DNA of 64,000 nt from the human T2T-CHM13v2.0 reference genome, Homo sapiens (GCF_009914755.1 NC_060937.1); one strand, 5' to 3'; shown: positions 22,873 through 36,514, numbered from the stretch's first letter. A program made the numbers and translations. The notes: generated by a model not told the origin, from the letters alone.

Positions 22873-23844
22873 AGGACAGAGTCCAAAAACAGGAGCGACC
22901 TCCACAGCCCTGAGGACATCGCTGAACACCAACTCTGCGCCATCACAGATGTTCCTAATGACGCCCCTGAGGCATCAGGGAAGGTCAGATTGTATTGGAT
23001 ATGATCCTTGATTCTTTTTGCAACAGAGATTGATTTATGTCCACTTTGGGGGACATTTTACAAACAACATACAAAAAATCCAGGCATCCTCCTTCAAGTG
23101 TTCCTCAGCGTTTGTAGCATGAAACAGAGCTCGGCCTGAGGACACCACCCAAATGAAGTGTCAAAGTGTTATCATCATGGAGTGTCTGGCCCTGCCCCAG
23201 GCGGCTCCCACCTCGGCTGCTGCTCCCTCACCAGGGGTTTGGAAGTTGCCCTGGAGCTGCCTCTGCCCTGGAGTTGGCCTGGAGCAAGGTGGTGTCTGCC
23301 CAGCCTGGAGTATGGGAAACTCATCCCAGCACCAACAACTGGGTCTAGCTTATGCTCCCTCAAAGATCTTGCAAGAGGAGTTGCTTCTCTTTCGCAGCTT
23401 TAAGAAAAGAGAGGCCCATTTCCAATGGAAAACAGACCCTCCGCGGGGGCTGGGTTGTTATTTTCCTCAGACCTGGATGCATTTAACTCAGCCATGTGGT
23501 CCCCCCGGATCAAATAAGCCGGTTTCCAGATCTGCCTTTCGCTCAAACGGTTTCAATGCCACTCCACAGTGTTATTCAGGGATTGATCCTTGTGCTGGCA
23601 AGACCAGAGGAGAGGCCAAAGCAGGCCCAGATGCGCAAGCTCCTGGAGCAGGAGGCCAGGCTGTCCAACTCACTTATGCAGCACCCACAGTAGGTCAGGC
23701 AGGGAAAAGCCTCTGATGAATGATGAGATTTTCAGTTTCATGGCCTGCTATCAGCCCAGTATTTATTTGATCCAAGGAGCCTATTTTTACAGAATACTTC
23801 ATGACATCTTTCTGCTAACCCACACTACACACTAAAGAGCAGCA

Positions 23845-23980
23845 GAAGACTGCAAGCCTCATGAGGAAAGACAGCGCGTCTGTCCCGATCACCACATAGG
23901 ATGTCCCCAGCATCTTGCATAGGGCCTGCTACACAGCGGATACTCAGTAGGTAAATGTAATTATTGAATGAATGAATGGC
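23845..23980 (+). mobile_element. L2 3' end
   Basis: gactgcaagcctcatgagg...ccccagcatct...tactcagtaggt...tgaatgaatgaatg. Confidence 0.65.
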
Positions 23981-24010
23981 AGAAAATATTACAGCATTTC
24001 TGTAGTCTAA

Positions 24011-24195
24011 GAGCAGTTCTCAAATTTCAGTGTTCATAAAAATCACCCGGAATAATTAAAATATAGATTTCTCCACCATCACACCCCGATCCAAGATTCT
24101 GTTTCTCCTTCTCAGAGGTTCTGGAATTTGCATTTTTTACAAATCTTTCCAAGTAATTCTGTTGCCAACAGTTAGTAGCTCACATTTTGAGAAAG
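24011..24195. mobile_element. MER5-like hAT element
   Basis: cagttctcaaa...aatcacccgga...ctggaatttgcattttt...cacattttgagaa. Confidence 0.65.
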
Positions 24196-25394
24196 TCTTA
24201 TCTCTGAAGTTCCCTTACAACAGGTTCCCTCAGGGTCTTGGGTAACTAAACTCCCCCCGCCCAGGGGACTCACTTTTCACTTCTGCATGGTCCACGGCGA
24301 ATAGGTTTGCTCTACTCTTTTAAATTCAAGGAGAGGCTGAGGAATTAGCGTTGGCAGAGGTGGCTGGTATCCTTGGATGGAAGGTATTATAAATGCAAAG
24401 CGCTATTAAAATCACAAAACCTTTTGAATAAAAAGCCTTTCTTAATAATCCATCCACTTTTCTTAATCATAGTTTTTCTTCTACAAGTCTTAGAAGTACC
24501 CTGGAAAAAAAAATCAGCTTATTTTGCAGAGAAACAACAAATTCCAACACTTGCTTTATGCTGGTCAATGTCCAGCCTTGCTGCTTCCAAACATTTCATA
24601 TATGGGGCCTCTATTCTCTATAGTCTACAAGATGACAGGCACCTCCCTGTCAGGGGTAAGCCTGCAGCTCTCTTTCTGGATGACACATTGGAGGCAGTGG
24701 GAAGCTTGGTTTCAGAATGCTTACTAAGGTCAAAGCAGCACCTTTGGGAGCTGATTCAAATGTCTTCTAATCCCAGAGGGGCCATTATTGTCCGTAACGA
24801 ACACAGAACTTTCATTCATACAATTCATAGCAGTCTCCCCAACACTCAGATCCAGCAGGGGGGAACATGGCTGAGTTTTGAGCCAACTCTTTAAGCAAGG
24901 AAAGGTAACTCAAATGCTGGAAGTATTACATGATAGAATGCCCAGGCCTGGAAACATTCTGAAGTCTTTTTTTAGTTATTCAGAAATGACAAAGGAAATT
25001 ATTTACTCCAGAAAGGTTTGCAGATTGGTGTGGCTGAGGGATCCAAGAAAGCATTTTTCCTATGTCTTCCTCCCTCTCCCTACTCCTGCCAGTAACCAAG
25101 TGACAACAATATTGCTAGTCATCTATTTTTTTAATCATGTGATTTTCTTACAAAAGACAAGGACAATTGCTCAGATTGTTGTTTCCAAAAAAAAGGCACA
25201 TGATGGTTAGATGAGATTCCATACAGCTGTTAAATGCTTCCAGCCAGTCCTATCCAGGATTTTGAAAATTATAGCCATGTTTTTAATGGAATAACAATTA
25301 TTGAAGACAGAAAAATGGAGTCAGAGGGGAACTAGAAACTTACAGATAATATTGATTTAAAAAATATAGCTCATAGGGCTCTAAGAACTTTTGA

Positions 25395-25814
<420 letters not shown>

Positions 25815-27041
25815 TGACCTCAGGAGGTCCTCCTTTTCACCAAGACATTGTTTTGGTAGGTGTAGGGAAATAAAACAGGAAAAACTTTTCTGTCTTGCAA
25901 AGGAGAATTAATTATTTTCCTTTCAAAATAATATTTAATTCTAAAATATTTCAAAAATATTTGAATATTTCAAGTGTTTCAAATTAAATTTTTTTTAAAA
26001 GTCAGAACATGAAATCCACATACTTTATCCAATCCCATTAGGCTGGGGAGAGATGGAGACACACCCCCATCACACAACCGAGGCAAAAACTACAAATAAC
26101 ACTGCGGTGTCCTTCTCAGATGAGGTGGCTTGAAAACAAATCACATATCTATTTAATTAAGGGTGGCCAGTTGTCTTGTTAAAAAATAAACGAACAAACT
26201 CAGAGACTATAACTGTCCCAAGATGAGCACATCCTAGCTGTGTCTATAGACATGCAACACTTTCTGGGGGAAAGTAGATAAACTGGCATTTCAGTCTTGT
26301 TAATGGCAATTTTGGAAGTAGGAGCTAAGTGAAAGGGCTGACTCTGTCCCTGGAGCCCAGAGAAAAATCTATATGTAAAGAAAGGATTCTGCAGCCCTGG
26401 AGATGGCTGGCTGGAGGGCAGGCCAATGATCCCTTTTAGACATTTCATCATTGCCCATACCTTTCTCTCTTGCCATTGTACTTGCCTCGGTTGAAGTAAT
26501 AGCAGCTCCAGACTTGTCAAAATACTTGGGGGTTCTTGGTCTGCTTTTAATTTGGTGGAATGTTGGCAGATGTGGGCTGGCTCACCAAAGAAGAATGTCT
26601 TTGGCTGTGTCCAGTGGTCAACTGCACTGGCCAGTTGCTTCAGGCTCAGTGGAAGGCTGTTGATGACCCAAAGTCAGGCAGGCCTGGCTCCAAACTTCTT
26701 GTTAGGATGGCTACAGGGCTGCCTCAGGAGAATTGTTAGTATTTAGCCAGGGCTAAACACAGCCACAAGGCTATATTTGGGAAAGGAGTCTTAAATGCTT
26801 CCAGTTCACCTGTGTAACTACTCTGACACTAGGGGTTGGGGTGGACTTTAATGATAGGGGAAGGCTTTGAGCTGGACTTTGATAAGGAAGGGAGGAGAAA
26901 GACATTCCAGATAAACAGACATTCTGGATAAACAGACCTTCCAGCATGCAAAAAGGCTGGAAGCATAAAAGGGAATGGAGTGTGACTGGTGCATATGGTG
27001 GAGATGCAAAGGCAAAGGTTGGTTGGGAAGGACCTTGCATG

Positions 27042-27387
27042 CTGTCTGAGTACCTTCAGGCTGCTATAATAAAATACCATAATCCAGGTGGCTTAGAAAC
27101 CACAGAAATTTATTTCCCTGTTTTAGAGGCTGGGAAATCCAAGACCAAGGCCTCTCCCTTTCCTGGTTCACAGATGGCACTTTCTAGGAAGAGGTACCTA
27201 GAGCTAGGTACCTCTTTTGGGTTTCTTTTGTGAGGGCACTAATCCCATTCATGAGGGCTCCACTCTCATGACCGAATTACCTCCCAAAGGCCCCACCTCC
27301 TAACCCCATCACCACAAGGGTCAGGATTTCAACATTTGCAACATTTAAATGGGGCGGTAGAGGTACACAAACATTCAGATGGTAGTA
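27042..27387 (-). mobile_element. MaLR LTR (MLT1A/MST-like)
   Basis: caggctgctataataaaatacc...gaggctgggaaatccaag...aatcccattcatgagggctccac...acacaaacattcaga. Confidence 0.8.
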
Positions 27388-27568
27388 TGTGTCATAGATT
27401 CAAGTTTATGCTGAGACACCAGGCTAACATTCCTTTAGAAGAATAACCCTCCAGCCTGTGAAAGATTCTTCCAGGGGGCCTCTGAGTCCTCTCACCCACT
27501 GGGTGCTCTTGGTATGTCCACTGTGAGGTGAGGGTTCCAGGAAGTAATTAAAAAGCAGTCATTTGTTA

Positions 27569-27690
27569 ATAGGGTGAACATATAATTAATCACCCAAACC
27601 TGAACACTTTGAGTAACAAGAGGAACTTAACCATAACTGTGCTGGGACAACATCTTTTCCTAAGCAAATCAGAACATTTGATTGCTCTCA
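27569..27690 (+). mobile_element. MER81-like MITE (second copy)
   Basis: tagggtgaacatataatt...ccaaacctgaacactttgag. Confidence 0.55.
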
Positions 27691-28245
27691 TTTTGTGAGC
27701 CCTTTCTATATGCCAAGCACTACCATAGGGGGTTAACTCAGGTTATTTAATTTCCACAGTAACCCCAGTATGCAGGTATAATTCCTCCCATCAAAAATGA
27801 GTCTAAAAAGCAGAACTGGCATCCTCTGCATTCCTTTTCCAGTTCCAGAATCTTCCTCTTGCACCCTCATGTTAAAAGCTGTATCCATGCTTACAGCATC
27901 AGCCTAACCTGCTGTGTGCCCTTCCCAGTCACTGACATCTAGCAGCTACTGGCTCTGCATTTCTCCCCCAAATTAAAGGCACTGGCACTTAAATGTGACT
28001 CCTCTCCACCCCAAGTCCCTTGGTTAGCTCTGAAATCTAATTTGCATGCTACATTCAATCTTGAGGCCCTATCATCCCCTAACCTCTTCTACTCTAGGGC
28101 CCTGGCCTTCACAGCTTCTCAGACACCTGCTGCCATGACCTCACCCCAGACCCTCCCTCAACCTCCTATTCTATCTTTCCCTTACTCCCATTCTGCCTGT
28201 TATTGTCACCAAAATCATTAGTCCTTTAATGCCTTCATACACCCA

Positions 28246-29380
28246 GTTGGTGATGTGTTGGCCAATGTTTAACAACCTGCTCTGTGGGGAAATAACGTGT
28301 GCCTGTATTTACGTACATAAATTAAGAATTTACTGATATAAAAGATGAGTAACAATTTACAAATAATAAAACATACAATACTCTCTATTGTAAATTATAT
28401 TAGGTCAATTGATTCTCACAGAATTCTTTCACTGATTTTTATGGTCAACTTTTATCCGTAGCCAACATATGGTGGCAATCCAACCAGGACTTGACAAATG
28501 GACTCGCATCCCAATGCATTTTTTTTCTCAGATTTACTTTCTCAATCAACTGATGTGATTTAACTGTTAAACCATTTCTCACTCTCACCCAAATTATATT
28601 AGTGAAGCTGAAACTCTGCTTAGTGTCAGCACAGCAGCAGTGTAACAGTGAAACAGCACAAGAGCTAACATAACTAACTCCATTTTGGTTTAAGTGGCCC
28701 TTACCCATTTCTGCACATAGGCAAGGATAATTTTAGAGTACTATTAATATGCAAAAACAGCAATCATGTAGTTTTAAAAACTAACTCTGGGATTAAAGGA
28801 GAAGTATGTAAACAACTATGTTTTTGTTAAAGATTTATAGGAGCGTTGTGACCTGACCAAGGACAAAGAAGTTCCTTGAACACTTGCTGGCACCCAGATG
28901 TCGGTGGTTATCTGTTACCTCTTGATCTCAATCCCCTCCCCTTCCTTCTGCCCTTAACATAAAAAGAGCCTAAAATTTGTACTGTCTGAAGATGGTACTT
29001 TAGAAGGCTAGTTCCCCATCTTCTCGGTTTCCTGGCTTTCCAATTAATCCTGCTTTTCCTCCCACCAACACTTGTCTCTCGAATCTGGCTTTCAAGCAGT
29101 GAGCAGACACACCTGGGGTCAGTTATGGTAGCACACCATTACACAGCATCCTCACCATGCAACACAGTCGCTGCCAACAACCTCGATGGTGGACAAGACT
29201 AACATGAATACAATAATTACAAAGTGAAGAGTTTTGAGGACTTACTATCTTTGTTTTTAAATATAATAGTTTATCTGACTTGTTGATAATGAAGGTATTT
29301 AAAATTGGCTCACAAAACTTCTGCAAGTTTAACCATTCATTTTTGTGGACCAGGTGACTGGGCTGCAACACACACTACTG
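28246..29380 (+). mobile_element. MER63-like hAT-Blackjack element split by an LTR
   Basis: 5' tgatgtgttggccaatgtttaacaacctgctct and 3' gctgcaacacacactactg resemble MER63 ends. Confidence 0.6.
28642..29126 (+). mobile_element. ERV1 MER4-group solo LTR (MER34/MER39-like)
   Basis: tgtaac start, actccatttt, TATA-like cataaaaagagcc, end gagcagacacacctggggtcagtta. Confidence 0.6.
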
Positions 29381-29724
29381 TGGCCCCATCGACCTCAGGC
29401 TTTTCCTCTCCTCTCCTCTCTCCCTATCTTACAGATGGAGTCCCACAGAGTCTATTCTAGACTGGGATGAGGTCAAGGTCAAGAAAGCTTAAATGTCTGT
29501 AAATTTCCTTAGTACGGGTCCATGTTGGGGAACTTCTTGGGGAATAAATATCAATACTAGTTTTTATTGGGCAGATATAGGTTTACAGTTTTACTACTGA
29601 TAATACTTTAGAGTTGCTGAAGAAAAACAGGCCTATTCACTCTTGGAAATGGCCCTGTAAACTGTCTACACTCTCCTGCTTAAGAAACGAAACACAGCAA
29701 ATACGAAAGCAGAAAAACACTGGC

Positions 29725-30070
29725 GGCCGGGCACGGAGGCTCATGCCTGTAATCCCAGCACTTTGGGAGGCCAAGGCAGGCAGATCACTTGGGAGGCCAA
29801 GGCACGCAGATCACTTGGGAGGCCAAGGCAGGCAGGAGTTTGAGACCATCCTGGCCAACATGGTGAAACACCATCACTACTAAAAATACAAAAATTAGCC
29901 TGGCGTGGTGGTGCATGCCTGTAGTCCCAGCTACTCGGGAGGCTGGAGCATGACAATCAACCAAACCATGGAGGTGGAGGTTGCAGTGAGTGGAGATTGC
30001 ACCACTGCATTCCAGCCCGGGTGACAGAGTGAGACTTTGTCTCAAACAAAACAAAACAAAACAAACAAAA
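29725..30070 (+). mobile_element. Alu with internal 26-bp triplication
   Basis: TSD cagaaaaaca; (CAAAA)n tail. Confidence 0.93.
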
Positions 30071-32649
30071 AACAGAAAAACATTGGGGATGAACCAAATA
30101 GTTCTCTCACTTATCCTGCAGGGAGATGCTGTCAGAAGCCCCACTACGGAAACATCCCAAGGCCTACTATTACCTAAGGTGACACCACTCAGCTGTGCAG
30201 GCTTTCTCCCTGACACAGGAAACCATTCGCAGACATTACCTCATCGCTCTAATCTCCTATCAAACCTGTGAGACAGGTAACAGAAGGTATCCTCAATTTA
30301 CCTGTGGGGAAATTGCTGCCCAAGCATCAGAGCTTCCCACTCTGCAAACACTGCAAGTGTCCCTGACACCAGCACAGACTAAGAAGTGGGCATCTCTGGC
30401 TTATTCTGGGACCAAGTGCTAAACTGCAAATGGACCTCCTCTCTATCCCAATTCATCAGGGGAGAAAAATCTGGTTTAAAATGTGAGCCTTATTCTAAGC
30501 AGCTGTCTCATCTAAGGTCATCCGACTTGGGCAGCAATTTTAGTACTTTACAAGCCAAGTATGTTTGCAGAAACTCTAGCAACTACAAGAACACAGCAGG
30601 GCTCCTATGCTGCCATCTGCAATATGTTTTTGTAGGAATTCTTTCTCAAAGTTGCTTGTTCGGGGATTTAAGCTCACAGAAGTTAATATGTAAAGGACAA
30701 ATAACAAGCGACCTTCTTCCTGAAGGATGTAAATCTCTACTTTCCACCAGTGGCTTCCAAGAAAACAAGAGTCACTTTGGGGAGATATGGCATAAGTAAG
30801 GTACTAAAGGCAAGAAATTTCCTTCAGCCTTGGAGTTCGTGGAAATATGGGGGCCAGGGCCTAGGGGTGGAAAAGTGTCCTGCCACCAGTCAAGGAAGAA
30901 AAGCTGGCCCCAACTGTTTTACTCTGCTTCTTCTAACAGGTGAATGCCTTCTCAGTACAGAGTTCCCTCCTCTCACAGCCACATCACCAAAGCCAAGCAC
31001 TTGAACAGAAAGCCCCCTCTCCCCGTTGGCTTCAAAAGCTCTCTAGCTTTCGGATGCCCCCACGACACTCCATAGCTTCCTCCCAAGGCCTACGGCTCCA
31101 CTTCACGTCTGGTTTCCTGATGTATTACCCACCACCACCCAGGACTACTTGTTCTTCTCCTTTATCCCTGCATATAGTTACCTCCCTTTCCAGTCCACTG
31201 GAAATTCCATTTTTTTCTAGTTAAACTAAAAAACACCCCAGAGTCTATGATTTGAAAAGTGGACTTGTACCCCAATCCGCTTTTTCCCAATAATTTTCTC
31301 AATAAATGTAACTGGTATAATTTAAGTGTTAAACTATTTCTCACCAAAGCAACTTTTATACCAAAACAACAAACTGTAATAAGGAAACCTACCAGGAATA
31401 TACCTTCATACACCTGGGCCCAGAATGAGCACCACTAGATGATACAAGGTTTGATGTGTACGTGATGATGTCTGCTTCAGAGACTGCCACTTTTAAACAT
31501 GGTGTATCCAGCGGAACAGCCCTCCACCTACCTTACCTAACCCACCAACCAGTGTAGTGTCATTGTTATAGGTCACCTGAAACATGGAGAAACAATAGCC
31601 AAGGCAAAGGTCTTCCAGTGTGGCCGATTCACAGATCAAGAAACAAGCCTAGGTACACATCCTGATTCTACTATCAGCTCTGGTCACATCAAGGGCCTAG
31701 ATAACTGTCCAAGGAAGGAAGCCTGTCCGGCTACAAAGTCTAACACTGAGCTCCTCCTATGAGGTCTCCCAGGGAAACCTTCCTGCTATATGTTGCTTAT
31801 CAATTAATGTAAAACTTGGAAACTGGCCTCAAGTAATGACATTGGATGTGCAGTTTTGTATATATGTGCAGAGTTATGAAAGGCTAGCTGGTTAGAGTTC
31901 CAGGGTATAAGCAAGGGGTTTTTCCTCATTTGGACTACATCTACAGTTTTCACACTGAACTGTGCATGAGCCCCAGGGGATGGGGGTAGATACTTTCATC
32001 TCTTCTATACATTGGGCTTCTGGCTATCACGTCTTTTAAAGAAAGGGTTTCCACTTCCAAAAGTGGGTAAATTTTAAAATACTCTGAAAGTGGGATGGAC
32101 CCTCAGTGTCTACACAGATAAACAGAATAATCTTTTTCCTTGCTTCTCCAGCTCATTCACTTGTCTGGTCAGAAAGTCAGAAGTTAGGAGAAAGTGGGCT
32201 TCACAATGATTTTAAAATGCATCTTAACCATCTTAATCTAATCCTGGCTCATTCCTCAGACATCTTCTGAAAAGAGCAAACATAAACTTCCCACCTACAG
32301 CCACTTAAAGGAGGGCTGATCCTCCCCCTTCAGCAAGGTGTGCAGTAGTGACTGGAGGAGCACTTATGACCTTAGCCATGGGGTTCTGCCACTCCATCCA
32401 CCGCATCTGCTCTGTGACCTCCTAGCCAGACCCTCCTAACTTGCCCTCAAGGTGTTTTTACCTTTAGCAGAGTCTGTTCTAACATAAGACTTAATATGCC
32501 TAGTAATTACTGAACCGGATGTACTTTCAGACATTCCAAAGATGAAGTATTCCAGGATTGTTATCAAGGATTGTACTTGTTCCCCATCTCAGGGGACTAT
32601 AGTTTGGTCCCAGAGGGGCTGTTCCCCTTTTCCTCCAAAGGAAATACCA

Positions 32650-32703
32650 GATTTGAACCAATGACAACATTGTGGCTGACAAGACTTAACTCAAGTATTT
32701 AAT
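32650..32703 (-). terminator. FOXO1: FOXO1 distal polyadenylation signal
   Basis: ATTAAA on minus strand (plus tttaat 32698-32703), cleavage ~32670-32680, followed by GU-rich ATGTTGTCATTGGTT. Confidence 0.8.
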
Positions 32704-32782
32704 AGCTTCACAAAAAATTCCTAATAAAGAGCTTATTCTGCATAATTAGAAAAGAAAGACACCAAGCCATTTAAACATAATT

Positions 32783-35725
32783 TATGTACATTTATGGCTT
32801 TATACAATTATAGCAAAGATTGTTCTTGTGTCTGTAAGTACATCAACATCAGGCACTTCTCAGAGTATCGGAACAAGAACGTGGAATCTGCACTGTTACT
32901 AAACTCGGGTAGCGAAATGCAGGAGGCATGACTACGTCCTGATGGGACTTACATGGCCACCCCTGGCCACACTGCCAGGCTGTGCCCACCTCAAGGAGAG
33001 GCCAACTGTAATGCCAGGTTGGTCTGTTCGCATAAACCACAATACATTTTTTTTAATGAATGATTATTCCCAAACTAAAACCAGAAAAGAAACTTCTCTT
33101 TTAAAATTAGTTATAAATTAAGAACTCTTAGGAGCTTGAATGTAAGAATTTTAAGTTGGGGCTGGGGTTATTGGTAGCATATATCCAGCAGTTGAACAAG
33201 TCCAATTTGTATATCGTTGGAGAATGATTTCCATTTTAAGCATCCTTATCCTCTTCTTGGGATGTTCCATTGATTTACTGCTCACTGGGATACATGTGCT
33301 CATTTAGACTTTGTCAGTTTGTCAAAGCAGAACTTTCCAAGTAATACATCTATTACCTAAATATACTCCATACGTCTATATTACGGAAACAATACATCTT
33401 TATATTTAAAATATCTGAATAGCTCTATAATACAATATGCTTTTAATAACAGTACAAACCAGAGAAAATAAATCAAACAAGGCTGCATAGGTGATATCAT
33501 TTGCACATTTCACAAAGCAATCATGTACAATAACTGATATATACTCATTACTCCAGAAAGTCAGTATTCTTACAGGAAAAAAACTACCAGAGGCCACATA
33601 ATGTTTGCTTTCCAGACAGACCAGATGCCTTTCCCTGGACTTCACTGTTCTCAGAGAGCTACCAAGGATTCATGACAGGATTTCAACACACAATGGGGGC
33701 TTGGGAGAGGTATAATTACCCAGACTCAGGAGGAAGATATATTTTCCTAAGAGCTACTCCATGAAGTAGTAAGATTTTAACAGTGATTTTGGCTGTAGTT
33801 GCCTCTTTAATGAACAAATGGGGGCTCTGAGGTTCCTTGTATTATGATGCAGTAATGGCACGGGAGGAAAGTGACAGTACGTAGTAATAGAAATTAGTAC
33901 ACAAGTACTTTGGCACCAAGTTCAGTTACATACCCGGGAGGCTGTGCTTAGAGGAACTTGGGTTTCTAAAACCAGCTATGTCTTGGACTGCCCCAAAATG
34001 AGGATGATAGAGTGGTGGCTGTTCAATGAATCTTCAAAAAAATGATCATCACAGTGGGAAGCTTACAATAGAGCTGGCTTACTGTAGGAAATCTTATCAG
34101 GAACACTTGTGTTCTTGTTAAACATTTAGGAAATACCAAGCCAATGAAGATGCAATTAACATACAAGACAAAGCAAGTGTGATGTGGGCTATATACAGAA
34201 AAATTAGATCCTTCTCAAGAACACAAGAGGAACAGTGCTGTGCACCTGTTCTCTTCATTGTGATGACTTTGGGCTTTCCACATGACTTGAAAATACTGAT
34301 GGACTAAATAGGACACAAAGCCAATTAATTTGGTCTGTCAGTTACAGGTAATTGGAAAGTAATAAAACATAATGATAGGAATTACAGTTTAGGTTGCTAC
34401 AGGCTAAAGAAATTTTCAAATTCTTAAGCCAAGGCTTTTAACATAATCTCAATGCACAACTTACAGCTGGTTTTCAAATAAATCTCCCCAATTTTTAAGT
34501 AAGTTCTATTCCATTTGCTACCCATCTGAACTTATGAACACAAATTCTACAAACCACTCAAGTCCCATTTTTAAATTCCCTCCTTCCACTTAAACTTCCA
34601 CAGTGTGCTAAGTAATCTAATCTGCAGGGCAGAAGGGAGAATGAGATGAAGTATGAGTGTTGACATAATTCCTCAAGGCAGAACTACAAAACCAACCTCC
34701 ACCTGGACTGAAACAAGAGCAAAGAATTATGAGGGGAAACTTTTGCTAAAGCTCAACTCAAAATGGTGAAGTGGATCAAAATCCCTCGTTTGACAAAGGA
34801 CCATTGCTTTAGATGCAGATCTCCCTTTTCTGATCTACAAACATTATGAGGCCTCCCAGGACTACAGAGGTCTCTAGAGAAGACTTGATGCTATGCAGTA
34901 CGCATAGTTCAGTAGAAGCAGATGAAATTTCTTTAAAATACATACATAAAAACATATTAAGTTATCCTAAATAAGAAACGCAAAGTGTCCATAACTATAC
35001 ATCACTTTCCTGCCCAACCAGGGCCTGAAACGTTGAATATGCAAGTACTAATTACAATGATTTAAGATTAGTCAGAAACATCACTAAGTAGCATCCCAAA
35101 GTGTACAAACCAGTTAAGCATGTATAAAATTAGTACTAATCCAGTTAGAATACAAAATGAAAATTATGAATGCTGCCCCAAATACCTGTGGTTCCACAAA
35201 ATTTACAAGCTGACTATGTAACAAAGTAGACTCTAGTTTTAAGAAAACATTATTACAGTTCAATATCTATTCCAAAAATGTTCTTAAGTCCCAACAATAA
35301 CATCAAAAATCATTTATCTGGAAATTAGAACCATTTAAATGTTTGTACAAATTTGCAAATAACAAAATAAACAAAAAAAAATAGAAAAGACCTGTACAAA
35401 GCTGGCATTTAATCTTTTTTTTTCCAAAAGTTTAACAAGTCCATTAATTTAGCAGATTGATAACAGGCTACTTGGTTCTCATGTGAATTCTGTGGCAACG
35501 TGAACAGGTCCAAGGCTGTTCAATGGAGATGCAGAATGGAGATTCAGTTCTTTGTGATCCGTCAGTTCCGCAGAAAACAGGTAGTACAAACAAAAGTTTA
35601 ACTTATCAAGACATGAGGCCCATCACAGTATTACAAAAAGAGTATAAACTTTCCTTGGACCAATTGGATATTTAGAAAAACCAAAAACACACACAAATAC
35701 AATCTGTATCTACTGCTTATATACA
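32783..35725 (-). promoter_or_regulatory. Other 3'UTR elements: miR-27 (35629-35623, 34055-34049), miR-223 8mers (34343-34336, 33319-33312), miR-135 8mer (32800-32793), Pumilio UGUAHAUA (35725-35718, 34197-34190, 32790-32783)
   Basis: Exact motif matches on the minus strand; function of each site not shown by sequence. Confidence 0.6.
33855..33916 (-). promoter_or_regulatory. Second miR-96/182 site (33916-33909) and miR-183 site (33861-33855)
   Basis: Plus-strand tttggcac and atggcac. Confidence 0.75.
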
Positions 35726-35783
35726 AAACTTGAAAGCACACCAGGATCTGAAAATCTTTTCTGCAATTATATGGTGTAGTGAG

Positions 35784-35819
35784 TTTGGCACTTCATTGTA
35801 ATGAAATTTCCAATGGCAC
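35784..35819 (-). promoter_or_regulatory. miR-183 site (GTGCCAT, 35819-35813) and miR-96/182 site (GTGCCAAA, 35791-35784)
   Basis: Seed matches read directly; the miR-183/96/182 cluster is an established FOXO1 repressor. Confidence 0.8.
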
Positions 35820-36040
35820 AGTCCTTATCTACAGCAGCACATAACCTGCACACATTGGGCAAACATCCTGTACAGGAAAAATGTCTTTGCTGCCAAGTCT
35901 GACGAAAGGAAAAAAGGAGGGTTTTTTTTTTTGTTTTTTTTTTTAACCGAGAAAACTAAAAGGGAGTTGGTGAAAGACATCTTTGGACTGCTTCTCTCAG
36001 TTCCTGCTGTCAGACAATCTGAAGTACTTTTAAGTGTAAC

Positions 36041-36514
36041 CTAGGAAAAAACACATACATACGCACACACACATACACACACAATGAAAATATAGCCAAA
36101 TTAAAATCAATTCAACTTAACATGTTAAGAGTGACAGACATACTTAGGGGCAAAAAGCTAGAGCTTTCTCAAACAGCTCTAAAATCATTCAATGGGGAAA
36201 ATTCTACTTTACAAAAAACCCTTCAGCATTTGATTTATATCAAATGTATTCATTTATTGAAGAGCTACTAAAAAGATGCAGCCATCGAACTGTCAAAAAG
36301 AAATCTTTAAAGCAGTTAAAGGAAGCTTCCTTCTGTGTAAGCTCAGAAGGAAAACTGTAAGCTGCAAAAAGGACAGAGAATGAATGATAAAAGATCCCTC
36401 TCTGCAAGGGACAGTCAGTTGACATCAAAGATGTGCTAACCATGGCAAGTTACTGTGTTCCTCGCTTTTAAGTTCTATTTTTCAAAAGGTCTTTTGATAT
36501 TGGGGTGAACTTAC
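36041..36514 (-). other. FOXO1: FOXO1 intron 2 (474 nt, within the 3'UTR)
   Basis: GTAAGT donor at 36514; (GT)n-rich tract then TTTTTTCCTAG acceptor at 36042-36041. Confidence 0.93.

Larger units (their letters stand above)
32670..36040 (-). other. FOXO1: FOXO1 exon 3, non-coding 3'UTR (~3.4 kb)
   Basis: Begins GTTACACTTAAAAGTACTTCAG after the acceptor; repeat-free, AU-rich, many miRNA seed matches; ends downstream of ATTAAA at 32703-32698. Exact cleavage base uncertain. Confidence 0.9.

Noticed and set aside
23153-23716. 187-aa plus-strand ORF
   Set aside because: No recognisable domain, no splice or promoter context; expected by chance in GC-richer DNA.
24373-24894. 173-aa plus-strand ORF
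   Set aside because: Non-ATG start, no family resemblance.
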